DNA of 64,000 bases from an uncultured Bacillota bacterium (lineage in GTDB: Bacteria > Bacillota > Clostridia > Tissierellales > Tissierellaceae), in NCBI GenBank assembly GCA_937951995.1, contig CALGAG010000041.1, forward strand, positions 4,401-68,400. The letters are read 5' to 3'. The position numbers and the translations under genes are program-made. Within the stretch, counting starts at the first letter, position 1; each line of letters opens with the position of its first letter. Below, in pieces: positions 8,987-17,980 of the stretch. The notes below the pieces were generated by a model. It saw nothing but the letters and a program-made list of their open reading frames with translations. It was not told the origin of the DNA and searched no databases.

Positions 8987-10222
8987 ATGAACACTATCTA
9001 TATCGATTCAAGGGATGGAGTCAATAGAATATGTATTGTAGAGGACGGCAGACTTGTCGAATACTACAAGGAGGACACAGGTAGGCACAGATTGCTTGGG
9101 AATGTATACAGGGGCAGGGTTGTGAATATTCTCCGGGGGATGGAGGCTGCCTTTGTTGACATCGGTGAAGACAGGAACGCCTACCTGAATGTAAAGGATG
9201 CCCTTGGCAGGGAGATGATGTACTCAAAGGAAAAATTGACCATTGACCAAGTCCTGAAGCAGGGTGAGGATATAATTGTTCAGGTTGTCAAGGAGCCATT
9301 GGGAAACAAGGGACCCAAGGTCACCACCCACCTTTCAATACCCGGAAGGTACATGGTCCTAACTCCCTATTCCAACAGGGTGAACATATCAAAAAAAATC
9401 AGAGACCAGGATGAGATTGAGAGACTGAGGCATTTGGGTAAGGAGATTGAAAGGGAAAGGATGGGGATGATTTTCAGAACCGTTTCCCAGGGGGTGGAAT
9501 CAGACCTTCTTAGGGAGGAATACAATGACCTGGTTAGAAAATTTGAGGCAATTGAAGGTGAAAGAAATTATCTGCCCACACCAAAACTGATATATAGCGA
9601 ACCGGTTCTGGTCCTGCAGATACTCAGGGATTATTTCGATGAATCCAAGACTGATGTGGTCACCAACAGTCGGGACATACTGGAATATCTAAAAACCACA
9701 ACCAAGCTTAGGGACTACAACCTTGGAGACAGGCTGACATATGATCCAAATTACAACATGGACTACCACATGAACATACAAATGGACATGAAGGAGGCCC
9801 TTTCCAGAATGGTTCAGCTTAAGAGTGGTGGGTATATAGTCATAGATGAGACGGAAGCTCTCACTGCAATTGATGTGAATACCGGCAAATATGTGGGAAA
9901 CCTTACCCTAAGCGACACCATAGTAAGGACCAACATCGAGGCAGCCGTGGAAATTGCAAGGCAGGTGAGACTTAGGGATATTGGTGGCATAATCATAATA
10001 GATTTTATTGATATGAAGGTCCAGGATAACATTGACATTGTCCTTGGAAAGTTGGATAAGGAGTTTAGAAAGGACAAGAATAAGCCTTACGTGGTAGGAA
10101 TGACCAAGCTTAATCTTGTTGAAGTGGTCAGAAAGAGAAACAGACCAACCCTTGACAAGGAGACCACCATAGTATGTCCAACCTGCAATGGCAGGGGTCG
10201 AATAAGGAAAAATGAAGCTTGA
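8987..10222 (+). CDS. rng: Ribonuclease G/E family
   Basis: S1 domain GNVYRGRV/AAFVDIG; AIDVNTG; GIIIIDFIDM; CPTCNGRG Zn link. Confidence 0.93.
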   Translation: MNTIYIDSRDGVNRICIVEDGRLVEYYKEDTGRHRLLGNVYRGRVVNILRGMEAAFVDIGEDRNAYLNVKDALGREMMYSKEKLTIDQVLKQGEDIIVQVVKEPLGNKGPKVTTHLSIPGRYMVLTPYSNRVNISKKIRDQDEIERLRHLGKEIERERMGMIFRTVSQGVESDLLREEYNDLVRKFEAIEGERNYLPTPKLIYSEPVLVLQILRDYFDESKTDVVTNSRDILEYLKTTTKLRDYNLGDRLTYDPNYNMDYHMNIQMDMKEALSRMVQLKSGGYIVIDETEALTAIDVNTGKYVGNLTLSDTIVRTNIEAAVEIARQVRLRDIGGIIIIDFIDMKVQDNIDIVLGKLDKEFRKDKNKPYVVGMTKLNLVEVVRKRNRPTLDKETTIVCPTCNGRGRIRKNEA

Positions 10223-10247
10223 CAATAAGGGTTTAATTTGTTAAACT
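10219..10247 (+). promoter_or_regulatory. Sigma-A promoter of rplU operon
   Basis: TTGACA-N17-TAAACT with TG extension. Confidence 0.8.
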
Positions 10248-10253
10248 ATTTTA

Positions 10254-10325
10254 GGTGTAGAGCCGCTCAATATGGGTTTTAAGCATAGTCACCTGATATT
10301 GGCGAGACTAGGTAAGAGGAGGTGC
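10254..10325 (+). ncRNA. L21 leader (ribosomal protein autoregulatory RNA)
   Basis: 5' UTR of rplU with CAATAT/ATATTG pairing, CACCT...GGCGAG and GGAGGTG RBS as in Firmicute L21 leaders. Confidence 0.65.
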
Positions 10326-10330
10326 AGTAA

Positions 10331-10642
10331 ATGTACGCAATTATTGAAACAGGCGGTAAGCAATACAAGGTTCAGGAAGGCGATGTAGTTTTCGTTGAGA
10401 AACTAAACGCTGAAGAAGGAGACGCTGTTAATTTTGACAAGGTTCTTTTAATGTCAACTGATTCAGGAGTGACTCCTGGAAAGCCATTCGTAGAAGGCGC
10501 GAAGGTTGAGGGAACTGTCCTTGCACAAGGTAAGGCAAAGAAAATTGTTGTTTTCAAGTATAAGGCAAAAAAGAACATCAGAAAGAAGCAAGGACATAGA
10601 CAACCATTTACTAAGGTTCAAATTAACAAGATTGTAGGTTAA
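10331..10642 (+). CDS. rplU: 50S ribosomal protein L21
   Basis: [14 protein letters not shown]...GHRQPFT. Confidence 0.99.
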   Translation: MYAIIETGGKQYKVQEGDVVFVEKLNAEEGDAVNFDKVLLMSTDSGVTPGKPFVEGAKVEGTVLAQGKAKKIVVFKYKAKKNIRKKQGHRQPFTKVQINKIVG

Positions 10643-10644
10643 TT

Positions 10645-11004
10645 ATGATCAAGGTAATAATCGGAACTGACAATACTGGGAACATTGAATCCTTTGAGAT
10701 GTCAGGACATGCTGAATATGGACCATACGGTAAGGACATAGTTTGTGCAGCTGCTTCAGTTTTGGGATACACGGCTCTTAGAGCCATGGTCGAAGTGGCA
10801 GGTGTCGACGAAGGAAGCCTTGACTACAAGGTGGACGATGATATGGGCTATATGAAGGTTAATCTGGGAACAGAATTGGAAAACGGTAATTTATCCGATG
10901 TTCAGGTCATATTAAGGACATATGAAGTCGGAATCAGATCAATGATAGAAAGTTACCCTAAATATATCACTCTTGAATATAGGGGAGGTGGAACTCGTGT
11001 TTAA
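10645..11004 (+). CDS. prp: Ribosomal-processing cysteine protease Prp
   Basis: SGHA...DIVCAAAS catalytic His/Cys; between rplU and rpmA. Confidence 0.93.
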   Translation: MIKVIIGTDNTGNIESFEMSGHAEYGPYGKDIVCAAASVLGYTALRAMVEVAGVDEGSLDYKVDDDMGYMKVNLGTELENGNLSDVQVILRTYEVGIRSMIESYPKYITLEYRGGGTRV

Positions 11005-11287
11005 ATTGAATTTACAATTGTTTGCTTCTAAAAAAGGAGTAGGTAGTTCAAAGAACGGTAGAGACAGTGAGTCTAAAAGACTGGGTGTCAAAAGAGGAGA
11101 TGGACAGTTTGTATTGGCAGGAAATATCTTGGTAAGACAAAGAGGAACTAAAATCCATCCAGGTAACAACGTACAAATAGGTGGGGACGATACTTTATTT
11201 GCCACAGTTGATGGTGTTGTTAAATATGAAAGAAAAGGTCGCGACAAGAAACAAGTTAGCGTCTATCCTCGAGAAGAATTAGCGTAA
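10997..11287 (+). CDS. rpmA: 50S ribosomal protein L27 with N-terminal pro-peptide
   Basis: GTG start at 10997 gives [24 protein letters not shown]. Confidence 0.98.
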   Translation: MFKLNLQLFASKKGVGSSKNGRDSESKRLGVKRGDGQFVLAGNILVRQRGTKIHPGNNVQIGGDDTLFATVDGVVKYERKGRDKKQVSVYPREELA

Positions 11288-11292
11288 ATTTT

Positions 11293-11324
11293 AAGCTTAC
11301 CGTCTGGTAAGCTTTAATTTTTTT
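11293..11324 (+). terminator. Terminator after rpmA
   Basis: AAGCTTACC-GTCT-GGTAAGCTT plus T tract. Confidence 0.8.
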
Positions 11325-11434
11325 GTTGTGTAGCATATGTTTTCCCAGACAGTGTTAAAGACACTTTTTAGGGTAACAAATAAAAGATGGTTTATGACCG
11401 GATTGTATAAATATAGTGAATGAGGATGATGGTA

Positions 11435-12706
11435 ATGTTTATTGATGTTGCGAGAATATCAGTTAAGGCAGGAAAAGGCGGAAACGGAATAGTAGCGTGG
11501 AGAAGGGAAAAATACGAGCCCTCAGGAGGACCCTATGGTGGAGATGGGGGAAGGGGCGGCTCAATTATTCTCTATGCAGATGAAGGAATCAGAACATTAA
11601 TGGATTTTAGATATAAAAGATCCTACGCAGGAGAAAATGGTGAAGATGGACGGGCAAAAAAACAATTTGGCAAGGATGGGTCAGACACATACCTTAAGGT
11701 ACCTGTAGGAACCCTCATAAAGGATGAGGAGACTGGAAAGGTTATAGTTGACCTTAAGGAACCTGGTCAGGAGTTTGTCATTGCAAGAGGTGGAAAAGGC
11801 GGACGTGGCAATGCGAAATTCGCAACTTCCACACGTCAGGCCCCAGGATTTGCTGAAGCGGGAACAAAGGGCCAGGAAAGGAAAATTGTCCTGGAGCTTA
11901 AGCTTCTGGCTGATGTGGGACTGATTGGTTTTCCAAATGTTGGCAAGTCAACAATACTGTCAACGATTTCAGCTGCCAAGCCCAAGATAGCAAACTATCA
12001 TTTCACCACACTAAAACCAAACCTGGGAGTTGTAAGGGTTGGAGAAGAGAAAAGCTTTGTGATCGCGGATATTCCTGGTTTGATTGAAGGGGCCTCAGAA
12101 GGTGCAGGTCTGGGACATGACTTCCTCAGACACATTGAGAGAACGAGAGTCTTGGTTCATGTATTGGATTCATCCGGCAGCGAAGGTAGAAACCCGGTTG
12201 AGGATTTCTATAAAATCAATGAAGAACTGTTTCAATATAATGAAAAACTTAGGGACAAGCCACAGATCATAGTTGCAAACAAGACCGATTTGCCTTCATC
12301 CCAGGAATGGATAGGGAGAATAAAGGAAGAATTCTTGCCAAAGGGCCATCAGGTACTTGAGCTTTCAGCTGCAACAAGGGATGGAATTCAGGAATTGATT
12401 TATGCGATTTGGAATCTTCTGGAGAATACCGAGACATCATACGAGACATATGATGAAGAATATGTTGAAGTAATAGCTCCTAGAACAGATGAGATCATTG
12501 TGCGTAAAGAGAACGATAGATTTATCGTAGAGGGAGATTTCATGGAAAGACTTCTGGGCTCCACATACATGGATGATACGGATTCCCTTAGATACTTCCA
12601 GGAGATGCTAAGGAAGAAGGGTGTCATAGACAGGTTGAAGGAACTTGGAATTACCGAGGGAGAATCAGTGTTTATCTGTGACTACGAATTTGAATTTTTT
12701 GATTAA
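11435..12706 (+). CDS. obgE: GTPase ObgE/CgtA
   Basis: MFID start, Gly-rich Obg domain, GFPNVGKS, DIPGLIEGA, NKTD, OCT domain. Confidence 0.98.
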   Translation: MFIDVARISVKAGKGGNGIVAWRREKYEPSGGPYGGDGGRGGSIILYADEGIRTLMDFRYKRSYAGENGEDGRAKKQFGKDGSDTYLKVPVGTLIKDEETGKVIVDLKEPGQEFVIARGGKGGRGNAKFATSTRQAPGFAEAGTKGQERKIVLELKLLADVGLIGFPNVGKSTILSTISAAKPKIANYHFTTLKPNLGVVRVGEEKSFVIADIPGLIEGASEGAGLGHDFLRHIERTRVLVHVLDSSGSEGRNPVEDFYKINEELFQYNEKLRDKPQIIVANKTDLPSSQEWIGRIKEEFLPKGHQVLELSAATRDGIQELIYAIWNLLENTETSYETYDEEYVEVIAPRTDEIIVRKENDRFIVEGDFMERLLGSTYMDDTDSLRYFQEMLRKKGVIDRLKELGITEGESVFICDYEFEFFD

Positions 12707-12721
12707 AGAGGAAGTGAAAAA

Positions 12722-13012
12722 GTGCTAACTGGAAAACAGAGAAGTTATTTAAAGAGCATTGCACATAACCTGGATCCAATATTTCAGCTTGGAAAGAATG
12801 GTTTGACTGAGAATTTTGTCAAGCAGGTGGATGATGCACTAAATGCAAGAGAGATTGTCAAGATAAGTGTTTTGAAGAACAGTGTTTTGGATCCAACGGA
12901 CGTAGCAGTTGAGCTGGTCCAGAGATTGAACGCTGAGTTTGTACAAAGTATTGGGAGAAGATTTGTAATATACAGAGAATCAAAGGATAACAAGACAATC
13001 ATGCTTCCCTAG
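12722..13012 (+). CDS. yhbY: Ribosome assembly RNA-binding protein YhbY (CRM)
   Basis: MLTGKQRSYLKSIAH...QLGKNG...EIVKI. Confidence 0.95.
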   Translation: MLTGKQRSYLKSIAHNLDPIFQLGKNGLTENFVKQVDDALNAREIVKISVLKNSVLDPTDVAVELVQRLNAEFVQSIGRRFVIYRESKDNKTIMLP

Positions 13013-13071
13013 TTATGGAGGGCTTCAGAAACATCTGAAGTCCTGGATCATCTGGGAGAAGGAGGGGTACA

Positions 13072-13677
13072 ATGGCTATTGGACTAATGGGGGGAACATT
13101 CAACCCCATTCATTTGGGTCACCTGCTCATGGGTGAATACATCAGAGAGGAATGGGACCTGGAGAAGGTAATCTATATCCCATCTGGCAATCCACCACAC
13201 AAGACAGAAGTGGATGTCTTGGATTCTGCCTACAGGTTGAGGCTTGTTGAACTGGCTGTAAAGGATAATCCATATTTTCAAATGAGTGACATTGAGTTTA
13301 GCAGGGAAGGATTTTCCTACACAATTGACACAATAAGGCAGATGAGTATAGAATACCCTTATGAGAGGCTGTATTTCATAATTGGAACGGATACCCTCTT
13401 TGAGCTTGAAACCTGGAAAAATTTCCAGGAAATCGCCAAGGAGATTGAATTCATAATGTATGGCAGATCCAACCACTCAGAAGAAGATATCCAGAATAAG
13501 ATCAGCGGTCTTAGGAATGATTACGGATTTAGAATCAATAGAAGCAAAGGACCAGAAATTGAAATTTCATCGACACAAATTAGAGATAGGGTCAAAAGGG
13601 GCCTATCGGTCAAATATATGATTCCGGATATTCTTATTGAGGAGATTAGGAAGGAATCCTTATTCAAAGGGGAATAA
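13072..13677 (+). CDS. nadD: Nicotinate-nucleotide adenylyltransferase
   Basis: GGTFNPIHLGH, FIIGTD, ISSTQIR. Confidence 0.96.
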   Translation: MAIGLMGGTFNPIHLGHLLMGEYIREEWDLEKVIYIPSGNPPHKTEVDVLDSAYRLRLVELAVKDNPYFQMSDIEFSREGFSYTIDTIRQMSIEYPYERLYFIIGTDTLFELETWKNFQEIAKEIEFIMYGRSNHSEEDIQNKISGLRNDYGFRINRSKGPEIEISSTQIRDRVKRGLSVKYMIPDILIEEIRKESLFKGE

Positions 13678-13678
13678 A

Positions 13679-14248
13679 ATGGACAGGATAATAGAGGTTT
13701 TAAAAGAAAAAATCGGGGAAAAAAGACTCAACCATACCCTAAGCGTAGTGGAGGAAGCCCTAGGCTTGGCCAGAAGACACAAGGCTCCAGAGGACAAGGT
13801 TAAAATCGCAGCCCTTCTACATGATTTTGCCAAGAACATGACCTTGGAGGAAGCCTTAAAACTTGCTGAGGAATATGGTCTTGAGCTGGATGATGTTACA
13901 AGAACAAGCAATGAGCTTATCCATGGTCCCTTGGGGGCTAGGATGGTAAAGGAATATTTCAACATAGGTGACCAGGAAATACTAAATGCCATTACATATC
14001 ACACCACAGGAAGAGAGAACATGACAACTGTGGAAAAGATTGTTTTTTTGGCGGATTTCATAGAGCCAGGCAGGGAATTTGAAGGGATTCAGGTCATTAG
14101 AGAAAGGGCTCAGGAAGACCTTGATGAAGCAATACTGATGGCCCTTAACAGTACAATGGCATACCTTTTAAAGAAAAATGCCATTATTCATGTGAATACC
14201 GTTCATGCGAGGAATTATCTTCTCAAGAATCGTATAGAGGAGAATTAG
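13679..14248 (+). CDS. yqeK: Ap4A hydrolase YqeK (HD domain)
   Basis: RLNHT...ALLHDFAK...HTTG...LADFIEPGR; follows nadD. Confidence 0.93.
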   Translation: MDRIIEVLKEKIGEKRLNHTLSVVEEALGLARRHKAPEDKVKIAALLHDFAKNMTLEEALKLAEEYGLELDDVTRTSNELIHGPLGARMVKEYFNIGDQEILNAITYHTTGRENMTTVEKIVFLADFIEPGREFEGIQVIRERAQEDLDEAILMALNSTMAYLLKKNAIIHVNTVHARNYLLKNRIEEN

Positions 14249-14249
14249 G

Positions 14250-15113
14250 ATGAAAAAGCGCAAAAATAAAGGTATGTTTTTTAGAGTATTTCTGGTATCC
14301 TTCCTTGTTTTTATTTCCATACTATTTCTGGCGGGCAGCTTTCTGGGGACAAATGACAACCACGTTAGATTTCTGCTCCTGGGAATAGACTCCAAGGATT
14401 ACAATCAGGTATCAAGTGTCAGATCAGATACAATAATGATTGTTGATATGAACACATCCTCTGGTGAGATAAACATCATCTCAATTCCAAGAGATACCAG
14501 GGCAACAATTGAGGGCAGAAAGAGTCCCGAAAAGATAAATCATTCCTTTGCCTATGGAGGACCAGAGCTTACACTGGCAACTGTGAGAAACTTGCTTGGA
14601 ATAGAGCTTGACCAGTATGTACTTGCTGACTACAAGTTGGTAAGTGATTTTGTAGACCTGATAGGGGGAGTGGAGATCTATGTTCCCATGGATATGAAAT
14701 ATTCCGATCCAGTGGCCGATCCCCCTCTGCATATTGATCTCAAGGAGGGAGACCAGACCCTTGACGGGGACAAGGCGCTTCAGTATTTAAGGTTCAGAAA
14801 GGGCTACAAGGATGCAGACCTTGGAAGGGTAAGGGCTCAGCAGGACTTTATGAAGGAGTTGATAAGCCAGACTGTAAGGCCGGGGAACATCCCCAAAATT
14901 CCAGGAATGATTGGTATATACAGTGACAACATGGAAACAAATATTGGGTTTGGAGAGATGCTACTCTATGGTTTCCAGAGCTTAAGACTGGACATGGACA
15001 ATATAAGCAGCCATACTTTGCCAGGAAGCGCCAAGATGATGGATGGGCTTTCATATTTTGTCCATAACGTGGATGAGACAGAAGGGCTGTTAAGGGATAT
15101 AGGAATAAAATAA
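14250..15113 (+). CDS. LytR-CpsA-Psr (LCP) family protein
   Basis: N-terminal TM; LLLGID, RSDTIMI, SIPRDT, KINH, RFRKGYKDADLGRVRAQQ. Confidence 0.93.
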   Translation: MKKRKNKGMFFRVFLVSFLVFISILFLAGSFLGTNDNHVRFLLLGIDSKDYNQVSSVRSDTIMIVDMNTSSGEINIISIPRDTRATIEGRKSPEKINHSFAYGGPELTLATVRNLLGIELDQYVLADYKLVSDFVDLIGGVEIYVPMDMKYSDPVADPPLHIDLKEGDQTLDGDKALQYLRFRKGYKDADLGRVRAQQDFMKELISQTVRPGNIPKIPGMIGIYSDNMETNIGFGEMLLYGFQSLRLDMDNISSHTLPGSAKMMDGLSYFVHNVDETEGLLRDIGIK

Positions 15114-15135
15114 ATCAAGGGAGGTCTATAAAATA

Positions 15136-15492
15136 ATGACGGAAATAAACAAAAAGTTGGAAATAATACAAAAGGCTATTGACGACAAGAAGGGTTTTGA
15201 TATTGAGGCCATGGAAGTTGGTAAAATGACCACCATAGCAGACTATTTTGTAATAGCAAGCGGAAATTCATCGAATCAGGTGACTTCCATTGCTGACGAG
15301 GTGGAGGACAAGATGGAGCAGGCGGGATTCCAAACCTTGACCACCAAAGAGGGTTACGGTAGTGCCAGATGGATAATCCTGGACTACGAGGATGTCATTG
15401 TACATCTATTCCATAGGGATGAAAGGGAGTATTACAATCTTGAAAGATTGTGGTCAGAATATGAGAAAATTTCAAAGGAGGAGAAGCAATGA
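15136..15492 (+). CDS. rsfS: Ribosome silencing factor RsfS
   Basis: DDKKG..DYFVIASG...WIILDYEDVIVHLF...YNLERLW. Confidence 0.96.
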   Translation: MTEINKKLEIIQKAIDDKKGFDIEAMEVGKMTTIADYFVIASGNSSNQVTSIADEVEDKMEQAGFQTLTTKEGYGSARWIILDYEDVIVHLFHRDEREYYNLERLWSEYEKISKEEKQ

Positions 15493-15872
15493 ACATTAAC
15501 ACACTAGCTACTGAAAAGGCACCTGCAGCTGTTGGACCTTATTCACAAGGGGTGAAAGCGGGAGATTTTGTCTATACATCCGGACAATTGCCAATCGACC
15601 CTCAGACAGGCCAGCTTGTACAGGAGGACATTCAATCAGCCACAAGACTTGCATTGAACAATGTTAAAGCAGTACTGGAACAAGGTGGAGCATCCCTGGA
15701 AACAGTGGTTAAGGTAACTGTGTTTGTAAAGGATATGAATAACTTTGGAGCTATAAACGAGGTTTATGCAGAATTCTTCACAGACCACAAGCCAGCTAGA
15801 AGCCTTGTGGAGGTCGCACGACTTCCAAAGGATGGAGTAATTGAAATAGAAGCCATAGCAATAGCAAAATAG
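15489..15872 (+). CDS. ridA: RidA (YjgF/UK114) enamine deaminase
   Basis: APAAVGPYSQ...SGQLP...PARS.V.VARLP..GVIEIEAIA. Confidence 0.94.
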   Translation: MNINTLATEKAPAAVGPYSQGVKAGDFVYTSGQLPIDPQTGQLVQEDIQSATRLALNNVKAVLEQGGASLETVVKVTVFVKDMNNFGAINEVYAEFFTDHKPARSLVEVARLPKDGVIEIEAIAIAK

Positions 15873-15879
15873 CATGAAT

Positions 15880-15909
15880 AAAGGCCAGGACAATGTGTCC
15901 TGGCCTTTT
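15880..15909. terminator. Bidirectional terminator between ridA and dacA
   Basis: AAAGGCCAGGAC-AATGT-GTCCTGGCCTTT perfect 12 bp stem. Confidence 0.85.
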
Positions 15910-15914
15910 AACAA

Positions 15915-17201
15915 CTATTTGGGTGCATAAGGAACCCTATACATGGATTGCCTGCTTCTTCTGGAAGACATCCTTCGCCGCTTTTTCTTTTGCAGTATCA
16001 ATATCCTCATGACAATATATGCTCCAAATACAAAGAGGTACCATTTGCTGATCAGCTTTCCAGGCATAACTGAAAGTGGGTCAACCTGGACTGAAACTGT
16101 GGAGATGATATTTCCTCCACCTATGACCTTTCCATCGATCAGGAACTCAACCTGACCCAGAATTTGACCCTTGTCAATGGGGGCTACAAGATTTTCATTA
16201 ATCTGGACCCTTTGCTCAATTAGATTCGAGTTTGCCTCCGAAACCGGATAAACAATATCCCTGTCTAAAATTCCAGCGATAAAGGGAGCCTCTCCATCTG
16301 CTATTGTGATATTATCAATAAACTGGTTTGCGCTGGCAACTATAGTATTGCTATAGTTCTCAAAACCGTAATCCAAAAGCTTCTGGCTATCTGAAAACAC
16401 CATGTTTCCATCTGCTTTAAGGACGGCCGCTATTAGGCGCTGGCCATTCTTTTCCCCATAGGATACCAGACAATTCATGGCCTGGGATGTATAGCCGGTC
16501 TTAACCCCTGAAGCGGCATCATAGCGTGCTGCCACAAGCTCACCATTCTTATCTATCAGCTCTGAGCTAAAAAGCAGCTTGTTGGTGGTCTTGAAATATC
16601 TGGTTTCTGTCTTGATATTTGTTGGGGGTATTTCATATGTAACCTTATCCACTATGCTCCTTATTGTTTCATTGCTCATGGCATAACGTCCAATTAGGGC
16701 CAGGTCATATGCTGAGGATACATGCCTATCATCATGGAGACCGTTGGGGTTCACAAAATTAGTATCCAGAGCTCCCAGCTCACTGGCTTTTTGATTCATC
16801 ATGGATATGAAATTCTCAATTGAACCCCCAACATGCTTGGCAATTGCCAGTGCTGCATCATTTGCTGAAGGCAGGAGCAGGGCGTGAAGCATCTGTTCCA
16901 TGGTAAGGACCTCGCCTGGTTCAAGGGCGATATGGCTACCCTTTGTGAGACTAACAACTTCCTGGTCAACTGTAACCAGCTCATTTAGGGAAGAGTGTTC
17001 CACTGCCAGTATTGCTGTCATCATTTTTGTGGTGCTTGCAGGATACAGCTTAAGATGACTGTTTTTCTGAAAGAGAATTTCTCCCGAATCGTAATCGATC
17101 AGAATAGCACCTTCTCCGTTTATATTTAGAGTTTCAGCGTAAACTCCCGAGCCTGAAACAAGAATTAAAACCAAACATATTAACACCAATGACTTTTTCA
17201 A
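15915..17201 (-). CDS. D-alanyl-D-alanine carboxypeptidase (peptidase S11)
   Basis: Signal peptide, PASTTK (SxxK), SANDA (SxN), VKTGYT (KTG), PBP5_C domain, C-terminal TM. Confidence 0.93.
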   Translation of the reverse strand: MKKSLVLICLVLILVSGSGVYAETLNINGEGAILIDYDSGEILFQKNSHLKLYPASTTKMMTAILAVEHSSLNELVTVDQEVVSLTKGSHIALEPGEVLTMEQMLHALLLPSANDAALAIAKHVGGSIENFISMMNQKASELGALDTNFVNPNGLHDDRHVSSAYDLALIGRYAMSNETIRSIVDKVTYEIPPTNIKTETRYFKTTNKLLFSSELIDKNGELVAARYDAASGVKTGYTSQAMNCLVSYGEKNGQRLIAAVLKADGNMVFSDSQKLLDYGFENYSNTIVASANQFIDNITIADGEAPFIAGILDRDIVYPVSEANSNLIEQRVQINENLVAPIDKGQILGQVEFLIDGKVIGGGNIISTVSVQVDPLSVMPGKLISKWYLFVFGAYIVMRILILQKKKRRRMSSRRSRQSMYRVPYAPK

Positions 17202-17296
17202 ATTAAACCACCTCGTCTGTATTTTGCAGTACCTGCTGACTATATTGATTATACCAGAAAAAGATGTATAATTTAACCTCTAGAATCTCAAAAAAA

Positions 17297-17325
17297 GAAG
17301 GAATTTCATAAAATAGGTCGAATAT
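17297..17325 (+). promoter_or_regulatory. Sigma-H-like promoter upstream of comEA
   Basis: GAAGGAATT-N11-GTCGAATAT matches RNAGGAWWW-N11/12-RNNGAATWW. Confidence 0.65.
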
Positions 17326-17363
17326 AATAATATACTATACTATTTTCTGGAGGTAATGGACAT

Positions 17364-17966
17364 ATGGAATTCTTTACAAAAAGGGAACAAATAGCTATAC
17401 TTAGTGTAGTCGTCCTAATCCTAGGTATATTCGGAGCCAGGATTATTTTTGAGGACAGAGAACCTGAAACGACCCATGTGAGAAGCCTTCCTCAGGTTGA
17501 GGAGTTGGAGGATGAGACAGGCAGTGAGGATATCAGACCAAGTGTAATAATGGTACATATCAGCGGTCAGGTATACCATCCCGGTATATACCAGCTCCTC
17601 CAGGGAGATAGGGTGGTGGATGTAGTTGACCTGGCTGGAGGTTTGACCAAACAGGCAGATTTGGATAGAATAAACTTAGCGAAAAAACTTGTTGATGAAG
17701 ACAAGATCTACATACCATCACTTGATGAGGCGGGAGCCATTGAGGCTGAAGCAGTCATGTCAACAGGAGGCAAGGGCCTTTTGAACATCAACAGCTGCAC
17801 ACAGAAGGAACTTGAGAGCCTGCCTGGCATAGGCGAGGTTATAGCAGCCAGGGTGGTGGAATACAGACAGGACAACAGGTTCAAGAATCCTGAGGATATC
17901 ATGAAGGTATCCGGCATAGGTGATGCAAAATATGAGCAGATCAAGGACCTGATAACTGTTAACTGA
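17364..17966 (+). CDS. comEA: Competence DNA-binding protein ComEA
   Basis: N-terminal TM, VHISGQV..PGIY SLBB domain, NINS...LESLPGIGEVIA HhH domain. Confidence 0.93.
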   Translation: MEFFTKREQIAILSVVVLILGIFGARIIFEDREPETTHVRSLPQVEELEDETGSEDIRPSVIMVHISGQVYHPGIYQLLQGDRVVDVVDLAGGLTKQADLDRINLAKKLVDEDKIYIPSLDEAGAIEAEAVMSTGGKGLLNINSCTQKELESLPGIGEVIAARVVEYRQDNRFKNPEDIMKVSGIGDAKYEQIKDLITVN

Positions 17967-17980
17967 TAGGAGGAATTAAA

